Of a stretch of DNA of 64,000 bases, positions 28,022 to 37,392 are shown in pieces. The translations under genes and the position numbers were made by a program. Origin of the DNA: Balanoglossus misakiensis (Eukaryota > Animalia > Hemichordata); the NCBI GenBank assembly GCA_040954595.2, contig CM082588.2, positions 5,964,202 to 6,028,201 on the forward strand. Reading direction: 5' to 3'. How positions within the stretch are numbered: position 1 is the first letter of the stretch; the number at the start of each line of letters is the position of its first letter. The notes beneath the pieces were generated by a model. The model was not told where the DNA came from and made no database searches. It was given only the letters and a program-made list of their open reading frames with translations.

Positions 28022-28531
28022 GATTTGTACACACGTTGTCGTCAGTTTCGATTGGCATCCACGCACCTTCAAATTAATTACATTTTATGTAATGAAACGC
28101 GATCAGTGGAAATGATACTTTCCTTGATGAAATGGCAACCTTGCTTCATTTCAGTCTTTGTTACGCTAGTTATAATTTTTCACGCTTTCATGCTCTGCTA
28201 TGCCGTGTATCTCGGCTATTGTAGTCGCCGGTAATCTATCCATGTCATCTGTATTTTGCCTGATATGTTGCGTCCCTGAGTTCATTTCAAATCCAACCAC
28301 GCTCTTTAACTTTGATGTGAAAACGACACGATGACACATTTCATCTGGGTCGATCATTCTCTCCCAGAGGAATGCTTGTTATCCATCTCTTTCTTCAACA
28401 TCTGATCTTTATCACACATTGCTCATTTTCAGTTCTGTGTCAATTTCGAGTCTTAACGACTGCAAATCAAGATTTCCTTGTGCCAGGAAGTGTGTTCCTA
28501 GCACGGGTCACTGCAGAAGTCGCGGAAAGAA
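28022..28531 (-). repeat. ~510-bp repeat, copy B (inverted relative to 17441-17951)
   Basis: For example GCACGGGTCACTGCAGAAGTCGCGGAAAGAA is the reverse complement of TTCTTTCCGCGGCTTCTGCAGTGACCCGTGC with 1 mismatch. Only scattered substitutions are seen elsewhere. Confidence 0.95.
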
Positions 28532-28543
28532 GGTAGAAACATA

Positions 28544-28666
28544 TCTGTCTGTCTGTCTGTCTGTCTGTATGTATGTATGTATGTATGTATGTATGTATGT
28601 ACGTATGTATGTATGTATGTATGTATGTATGTATGTATGTATGTATGTATGTATGTATGTATGTAT
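28544..28666. repeat. Compound microsatellite (CTGT)n(ATGT)n
   Basis: Seen directly. It starts 13 bp beyond the outer end of inverted repeat copy B. Confidence 0.95.
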
Positions 28667-30216
28667 TTAAGTATGTGAATAGACACAAACATTTCCCCCC
28701 ATAGGCACAATTCCCATGACAATTGGATGCCGCACACGGATCATAACACAACAAAATGCAGACTTTACGACGGCAATTGATGTATCACGTGAGATATCGG
28801 TGACAAAAACACCTGCGCCAATTTTATGCCACAGTCAAGTTGACAGCCGGTAATTTATGCACCGCGTCTAATCGCACACGGCAGTAAACCATCTCCTGTC
28901 AGACATCTTCACTTGCAACCGGCAGTAATTCACTTTGAGTTCCACGACACCTTGAGTGAATGAGCCGTTCATAGACGGCGTGCAGAGCAATCTAATGGCG
29001 CGTTCCCTAACTGAGAGGAAAAAATCGTGTTTCTCTCCAAAGTGATCGTTAACAGTCTTCTTTCAGTTTCCTGTAACACTTACCGGGAAGATTTACTCCC
29101 CGTTTCTCTCCCAGAGCATTTCACGCTTGGAGGAAAACCAACATATCCTCGTAACTCGCTGTCGATAAGGTCATGACCTCGTGGTCAATCGGGGAAAAGC
29201 CTACAACGCAGCTTTATTTCATCGCTGTAAATAACATCCCCCTGATAAATCAGCCACGACTGGATTTGCGTGCTCGACTTATCGTTCATGTTCAATTTCT
29301 GTCACTTTAAACATTGTTTCACAAAACGTGGTCTATAAGACCGAAGAAATATTGCATTCGTGTACAAAATGTACATATATTTGTTTATTTATGATTACGT
29401 GTGATGGTCTGTAACGGATATAGTAAATTATGTATGGAATCCACGCCTTAATACTTAAGTCACCGGGTCATTGAAGCGATAACTTGACTAATAATCAAGG
29501 CCTTCATCTCAAGTAATGGCGCCGCCGTGAGATTGGCATGGTGAGGCTTAGCCGTTATCTTTTCTTCAATCACCGAACTCAGGCTGTCAGAGAGAGAGAG
29601 GACAACCGGAAACAGTTGGCGAAACTGAAGGCGTGACGCAACAAAAGTTAATGAGATTCAAATAAAGATGTCCAAATCACCAGAAATGTCTGGAATTATT
29701 GTGCAGTCCTTTTATATTTGCGTCACACGTGATATCAACGTGCTATGCTTCGCAAGGAAGTTGAAATTGTCATTTTAACAAACAACAAATATTCTGCTTA
29801 TCTTCGGTAGCAACAGGTGGTCGGATATTTCATATTGTTATTTCCCAGAGATGCACGACTATCGCAGAATCATCTCCAACCGACGGCGTGGTGGTGACTT
29901 GTGACTGAAGTGCCAAGAAATCAGGTTGTAACTTTAATGTAGCCACTTTTCTCCGACGTAAGTTCACGCTGGTACCCCCAACAGGGCGTCTTCCAGTCCC
30001 ACTTAACCCCTGCCACCCCCCATTTGTATGTCTTCAGATCCCGTTTCACCGCCGTTGACAGTGGGACTAAACCATTATAAAGTGCGGTGGGTGAAAGCGA
30101 AACAATGAAGGTGCGTTCTATGCAGTACGATTTTGTTTCTGTCGAAGAATGCTAAACAGTTAAACAGGAACATGTCTCAATTTGAGGGGAATTGTTGGGA
30201 AAACGCTTTTTTTCAC

Positions 30217-30545
30217 AAGGTTGCAGCTCGGGAACAGATTTTCAGAAAAAAATGACATCCCCCAAACCATTCAGTTATTTGTTATATAAAATATCGTCAG
30301 AAATCTTTTCTGAAAAGAAAATGGAGGGTGGGGTAGGCCTATTCATTATCTTGGTTTCTTAAAAACCACTCTAATTTTGGCGGCCATTTTGAATGCAATA
30401 GTGAGACATTTTACCGTCTCATTCAAGCATTTGCGCGGTGAGCCCACATTTTCATTTTCAGTTTATAAGAAAATAATCTTACGTTACTTTGAGGAAAATA
30501 TGATAAAGATTTAAGATCCTGTTTTCCAGGTGCAGCCAACCTTAA
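30217..30545. mobile_element. Degraded TTAA-flanked non-autonomous DNA transposon (MITE)
   Basis: Imperfect terminal inverted repeats AAGGTTGCAGCTCGGGAACAG and CTGTTTTCCAGGTGCAGCCAACCTTAA. The internal GGCGGCCATTTTGAA motif is shared with 32634-32865, and a similar motif lies near 3980. Confidence 0.5.
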
Positions 30546-31003
30546 TGGAGATAGTCGACCAGGACAGGCCACCTTTTTTGATATAGTGCAATTTTGCTTT
30601 GATATTTATACACGCATATCAATGTTCCTGGCACTGCTATATGACTCATGTCTTATTAACAACAACAAAAGGCGGACATTGTGACATGTGACGATTGTTT
30701 GTTTCTTCCAAAGATGTCAATCTTCAAGAATAATTAATCTAAATTAAAAACATAAAAGAAATTTTAAACGATATCGGAAGCTGGCAGACAATTAGCAGGC
30801 TTGGTATAAGTAAAACGTGATATTTCACTGCGTGTAATTAATGGCTTAATTTGACAGTTATAAAGAAGGTCAAACTTGATGTTTTATATAATTAAGGTCG
30901 TAATTTGATTTACAGACACACATATCATTTAATCTACACTGTCTGACCTATACTCTTTTCTTTTTCCCGTGTGAGCGATTTGTAATGTGATGGTCAGTTA
31001 GTC

Positions 31004-31092
31004 AGAGACAGAGAAGGGGGAGGGAGGGAGAGAGAGGGGGGGGGGAGAGAGAGAGAGTGAGTGAGAGAGAGAGAGAGAGGGAGAGAGAGGGA
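31004..31092. repeat. Polypurine (GA)n/G-rich tract
   Basis: Seen directly. Confidence 0.9.
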
Positions 31093-32633
31093 CCATGATA
31101 TGGACCCGGATTCTCCAGAGGCGAGAAAAGCTGGCATTTAGTATGTAAATTTCCCTGGGGATGGGAGTAATTTCGGCCAGACAGATACAAATTTAATATT
31201 TTCCAAACGATGTTTGATGACGAGTTATATTTTCTTACAGTGGACCTATGGGACAAAATGTTGCTGCGAGAATAATTGATCGATGTGTTCATTGACCAAT
31301 ATCAGACAAAAATACGTTGCTTAAAACGGTAATTGAAAGGTGGCTACTACATCGCTGTTGGTTCAAAAGTCACTCAAACTTGGGTAACTATAGCAACCAT
31401 GATTGTCGCCATGTGGGGTACATTTAATCAGAATCCCTGGCCAAGTAACAGGCTGCTCGATTCCATTTGCAATCACAGTGTCAATTTTAATTACCTCGTA
31501 TCAGCCAGGGCTGCCGCGCTCTAATCACTCTGATAGGCGATCTTAATCACCTTTGCTTTTATCGATGATAGAGGGAGTGTGACTGACACCTGGCGCTTCC
31601 AGGTAACATCGTCACCCCTTGGAGAGTTGGTGTGCTGGCACTGTTCATGTGGAACCGATATTCGTTGTTGACCTTTGACCTGTCCTGCTTCGAATGTGGA
31701 TACTGCGTCAGACACCATTCGTTCAAAAATGTCCTAGTTAGTGTTGGACGCAGACATCGGCTATACTAGTGGGAGATGTTGGCAAGTGTAGTGTGCACAA
31801 CATGAGACCTCTATTGATAAACTCAATTGATCATCCCATTAACAAACTTGACCAAAAGTGACAGAGTTGATCTATGCAGATTAGCGCCAACATCCGACAA
31901 ATTAAGGGTATTCACCAAAGTGTAAGATGATTCGCAACCCACCTGAGCACCGGGAAAGGATAAATTGAATCAAATCTACTAATGCCAATAATTGTCGCTA
32001 ATTACCGTCACTAATTCTTGTACATTAATTAGCCTGTGACAGTTCACAAACAAAATCAACATCTGAGTAATGACACTTAAAACAATGACTATATATTCAT
32101 CCTCGTATATGCTGCACACGAACGTAGTGTAAAATGCATTGACACCACGTGCACAGAAGATGGTCTAAGCTGTATTCCGTGGCTAATAAATTGCTTCAGT
32201 TTCATGTACGTTATAAATCTTTTGCATTGGTGATAATGCATGTTACTGTCCTCAACTAGGGAAACGGGTCTTGATCACGCTTTGACGTGATTAATCGCAA
32301 CTCTTGACGCTCCCGTGGGCGTTGGAGGAGGAGGAGGAGGAGGAGGAGAGAGAGAGACTCACGTACAGTATATACGTTTGTTCCATTCCCATCCATCCCT
32401 GTTACCAGAAGGTTGCGACATACAGCCACGATTTGTGTCGGACGCGAAAGGAAAGGATCGCAAGTCGTAAAAATGACAAAGCGGCGTGTTTGATGGCTGA
32501 GACGTGCTGCCAAGTACGACTTTTATGTCTCTTTAGAAAAGTCTCTCATTAGACAAAAGAGAGACTTGCGATTCAAGAACGAGGTTTCGCTCTAACTTCT
32601 GTTGCGGTAATACTTGCCAAATTTGTAGTGATC

Positions 32634-32865
32634 TTAAAATGAAGGTTACCTCGTTTGTCGCTGGAATGATAACAAATGGGTCAGATAGAAAATAGCCGGA
32701 GATTGTCGGCCATTTTGAATTTCAAATTTGAGAGTTTTGCTCTGTCCATCAATAATTTCGACGGTTGCCACTAATTTTATCTCAAATTTAGGAGATAACA
32801 ACGCACAGTTTCCTTGAACAATACTTGAGAATGGTTTGGGATTTTAGAGGCGCATCCTATCTTAA
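32634..32865. mobile_element. Degraded MITE of the same family as 30217-30545
   Basis: TTAA at both ends (TTAAAATGAAGGTTACCTCG and GAGGCGCATCCTATCTTAA), with internal GTCGGCCATTTTGAATTTCAAAT. Confidence 0.45.
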
Positions 32866-33792
32866 ACAAAATAAGTGTCCGTTCGGTCGCGTCGTTTGTT
32901 CCTAATTTCATACTCTGCACACCTGGAGATGCGAATTATTTCATCCACTGGGCCAGGCGTGTTAAAATGAGTGATAAGCAATCATAATCACTCTAAATCG
33001 ATCGGAATAACTTGTAACTTGGTTGGATCATTTCGCAAAAAAAGAGAACGCCCGCAGAGGATATTATAATGTGGAAATTGAAAAAAAAATCTGCGTGCAT
33101 ATAGTTCTGTAAACTAATTACAGGATTTGCCGCTTGGCCTTTTTTCACTTGCATTGCCTCTTGGTGGCGGTATACCCTTCCCCTTTAGCTTCATTACATA
33201 ATAATATTATCATCGTGGACGTTAAGAGCGCGAGGCTTCACATGATGAGAACCGACTGTAGTGCAGAGGTCAAACCATGAATTGTTCTTCGAAATATTCG
33301 TTTCTCCGGACCGCTTTACCTCCTCTCAACACAACAAGGGGTAATTGCGCGGTGTGCAGGCTCTTTGAAGATGCCGGGCGCTATTTTAAATATCACACGG
33401 ATGACCAATTTGACACGTGTACTACTGGTAGGCTGACAATTTCGCAGCAAAATAATCATAAAATCTACTAGAAAGGAGTTAAATTTGCTTCAGATTATAG
33501 TGAAAACAGTTAAGGGCCATCTTTGCAATACGAAAGTCCCAATATATCCGTTAGTTCACACGTGACGATATTGTTTGCTTATAGACTAATTATACTACAT
33601 GGCTCGCAACTGAAAGCGCCCTCGGTCGCTGAGACAACAACGAAAAAACTTACGTTTGCGACTCTGCCTTCATTTCCTTCGCCCATTCCCCCTCTTCTGT
33701 GACTGACGTGATGCGGACAGATTCTGCCTCAGCTCTGGAAATATTTAGCTGTATATATCAGGGAAAGGGAAGAAATAATGGCTATAGTTAAA

Positions 33793-33978
33793 TAATAACA
33801 CATGTTAGCGAGGGCAATATCATGATCTTTGGCCTGCACGAGGGATGGTGACCTCTGGCCATAATATTGATGATGCCCTCGCCTGCGGCTCGGGCATCAT
33901 CAATCTTATGGTCAGAGATCACCAGCCCGAGGGTGGGCCAAACATCATGATATTGCCCGAGCATGACATGTGTTATTA
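33793..33978. mobile_element. Palindromic hairpin element, ~186 bp
   Basis: TAATAACACATGT..GGGCAATATCATGAT..TTGATGATGCCC, a loop, then GGGCATCATCAA..ATCATGATATTGCCC..ACATGTGTTATTA. Confidence 0.75.
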
Positions 33979-34018
33979 ATTTTATTACTGTATACCGAAC
34001 ATTTTACCATACATACAG

Positions 34019-34208
34019 TATAGGGCAGGTTTGTCTTAACCGCCATCTTGGAAACAAGGTGCGTTGTGGGATAGAATTGGAGGGTTTTGGAGGGGTAATT
34101 ATGCACATGTGCATAATGAACCCTCCAATTATCCCTCCAAAACCTTCCAATTCTATCCCACAACGCACCTTGTTTCCAAGATGGCGGTTAAGACAAACCT
34201 GCCCTATA
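34019..34208. mobile_element. Near-perfect palindromic MITE with ~82-bp arms and TA(TA) ends
   Basis: TATAGGGCAGGTTTGTCTTAACCGCCATCTTGGAAACAAGGTGCGTTGTGGGATAGAATTGG and its reverse complement ending at 34208, with 2 mismatches seen in the arms. Confidence 0.85.
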
Positions 34209-34902
34209 GAGGGTTGCGTCCATGTCGTACGCTGCAGGTTGCAGTGAACTATATATCTCGCTGTACCTACTTCGAACTCCGATAATCTTGAGGAAACCGC
34301 GCTGTTGGTTGCGAATTTGGTGTATTTACTGTCCGTTTGCAGTAAAATATCGTCCAGTTGAACATGTATTAATCCTGTGTGTCGCTTTGAAGCCATATAT
34401 GCGGGAGTTGACTGATCGTGAAGGAAGCCATTGAACGACAGTTTGTTACGCGCAGAAAAGATGCGCAGAACCTTAAACCTGTTCTCAGCGGTTAATATAT
34501 TCTCACCTCGCGCGTATCCCCGGCCCGTAGCCCCTACCTACGGGCCATAGACTCTGTCAACCATGTAATATCACGTTTTTTTATGTCACGTGGTACAGTC
34601 TCAGCCAATCAAGAGTACGGAATACAGAGTGAGGTGTAATAATTGCTCATATTTTCTCATATTGATGTTGATATTAACTGAGGTCGTTGCCCCCACGTAA
34701 GCCATAAATAATTGTCAAGTTTAATAATTACTTCTATTAATTGCCAATTATATTATCAATGTGTTATTAATAAATGGAGACGACAACAACGTCATTATCG
34801 ACGTTAACAGTATCAGTATTTGTGTCCGAATGGGGTTTTAGACACTGTACAGCGATCTCACTGAAAAACAGCACAGATCTGAAATTTGTTTGCTCGGAAA
34901 AG

Positions 34903-36546
34903 ATGGGTCGCCTGCTCTCCGGGGATTGCGGGGTTAGACGAGAGCATTTCGTCGTCACGACTTTCTTATTCCTGATCACACTCTTCTACCTCCTGTTCGG
35001 CGCCTGGCTCTTCCACGCCATCGAGAAGCCGCACGAGGTGGTGCACGTGCGCAACATGTCCGCCATCGCCGAGCAGTTCGAGCGCGAGCTGGGCGAGATC
35101 CTGCAGCAGGCCGCGCCGGACAACTGGACAGCGCAGGTGGTGCAGGCCACGTCGGTGTACGTGGAGCGGCTGGCGGAGGAGATGGGCTGCGGCCACTCCG
35201 TGTTCGTCCAGCAGGTTCAAACCGAGTACAAGTGGGACATGACGTCGTCGATCATCTTCTGTCTGACAGTGATCAGCACAATAGGTAGGGCACAGCAGTT
35301 GTGTATTCGTGTTAAAAAAATCTATTGAAAGTTTGCAATTGGTGTATGTTGCATTACCCTCGTTGCTGCGAAAAGAATAAGAGCTTTCATTCTTGCAAAA
35401 TGCATGGCTAGACTCAGCAACTTTCATTTTTTTCCATTTTTGCTGTCTGTCATAATATTGTTCAAAACTCTTGTGTAACTGTTCAATTAAATAGTTTGAT
35501 TCCTTGCAAAAGAGTTAAAATTTCGTTTGACTACCAACCTTCCTTCTTTAGGATATGGTCACGTGGTACCGGTGACAAACGCAGGGAAAATTGCGTGCAT
35601 CATCTACTCTCTCCTCGGGATTCCGCTGTTTTTGTTGTTCCTGGCCAAGACCGGTTTGCTGCTCGCTGTACCACTGCAAATGTTCCACGAGTATTATCAC
35701 CGCTGCAGCAAACTGATCGCGTCCAGATTGAGAAACACCAGCTGCAAGATCAGGCGACGCTGGCAAAAGGGGCGAAAATCCACAGAAGAGGACGCGTACG
35801 ACAGCGACACGGACTGGTACGTGTTGCGATCGATCTCTAGCGCTGATTTTGGTCTGGGAAACAGCGGAGTGTCCAGTGAGTCGCTCGGTGGCTTGGGCAC
35901 CGTTGGATGCGATCCACACCTCGCGTCGACTGCAGGCGACGCTTTCGCTTCAAATCGGATCAAAGATCCAACGAGAACTTTGTACTTGGCCAGTCAGACA
36001 AACGAAGGGGGCAAGAAGGGAGTGCCAGGCAGTTTTAGGCTAAGCGATACGGTCAGAACGGTCTCCTCGCTGGTCAGTCTTGAAACACGTGACGGTCCGT
36101 CGCACAAGCAGCACTGTGACAAGACCACCCAGGTATCCCGGAAATCTAAAAATAGCAGAAAGCGAAAACGGGGAAGACGTCAGCAAGATGTACCGATGGT
36201 ATTTCTTCTGGTCATTTTGGTCGCTTACATTCTGGGCGGATCAGCCGTGTTTGTTTCGGAAGAAAAGTGGTCCTACCTGGATTCGGTCTACTTCTCAATG
36301 ATAACATTCTCCACGATAGGTTTCGGGGACTTGGTCCCCGTGTACGGCTCCGGCGGAAACCTAACCGCTCCAGAAAACAAGGTCGTGGTTCTATGCCTCT
36401 ACGTTTTGATCGGACTTATTCTCATGAGCGCCTGCCTGAATCTGTCCCTAAAAAAGATAGCGGGTGCTGGGAGTAGACTGTTGACGGGGAGGTTGTCTAC
36501 TGCTTGGAAGAAAAGGAAACGGGGGAAACAAAGAAGTATTGCGTAA
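34903..36546 (+). CDS. Two-pore-domain (K2P/KCNK) potassium channel, TRESK/TWK-like, ~458 aa, 2 exons
   Basis: Exons 34903-35284 and 35552-36546 with a GT..AG phase-1 intron. Splicing creates pore 1 (STIG|YGHVVP), and pore 2 is FSTIGFGDLVP. M1 is FLFLITLFYLLFGAWLFHAIEKPHE, M2 is GKIACIIYSLLGIPLFLLFL, M3 is VPMVFLLVILVAYILGGSAVF and M4 is VLCLYVLIGLILMSACL. The start at 34903 is chosen by position before M1; an in-frame upstream ATG exists at 34774. Confidence 0.93.
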
Positions 36547-37392
36547 ATCGTACAAAACAGACTTTCTAGATAACCTCTTTATTCATGTTGCTTGGAGATT
36601 CAACTACATTTCTCTCTATAAATTTCCATAGACAGAGACATACAAGTGAGAAAAGTACATTTTGCATATACATATCGATTGGTGCATGCAGATATTCAAA
36701 ATAATATATCCATGGTATCCACCCGGTACAACAAACCATACTTCATCTTAATATTTATCTTTATTTTGTATTTAGCCCATTACATAATAATGAGTACACA
36801 AGTGGGACTATGTTCTGTTTGTGAACATCGAACACCAAGTACGCTAGAGCTAAGTTGTGGTCGCCGAATCTTGGGGATTTTCCAACATTCTGGCACGTCA
36901 TTATATTATCCTTCCTGCTATTGTCAGAATTACAGAACATTTGGTTGTCGGTATTTTTTGGAACCTCAAAAATTACGAAAATCTCTCGCTATCGCCAATG
37001 TTTCTCAATTATTGCCGATACGATGTCATGACCTCACCTGAACCACCGATGAACTGACCTGACATGACCCACTTTGCATAACAAAGGTTGCGTAATTTTG
37101 CCCAATGAACGACCGTCTCTTGGGTGCATCATTTCCGGCGCATCACTGTACAGAAAATCAATACGCCGCGATCGAAACGTGGCAAAAATAAAAGAAGTCC
37201 ATGACCTCTGCGCGATCGGAGCCGCTCAGAAGTTAACATAACTTCTATACGGCACAGAACGCGCGCAGAGGTTATGAAGTTCTGTCATATTAGGCTTAAT
37301 AAGTATGTTTTATACTGATTATTATTATTATTATTTTATTCTTATCTTTATATTAACGTAAACCAGTTTCACATTCCCGACCATATGCCTAA

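Noticed and set aside
34774-34902. Upstream in-frame ATG extending the K2P N-terminus by 43 aa
   Set aside because: Not excluded, but the extension is AT-rich and unlike the following coding sequence. The ATG at 34903 gives a typical short N-terminus.
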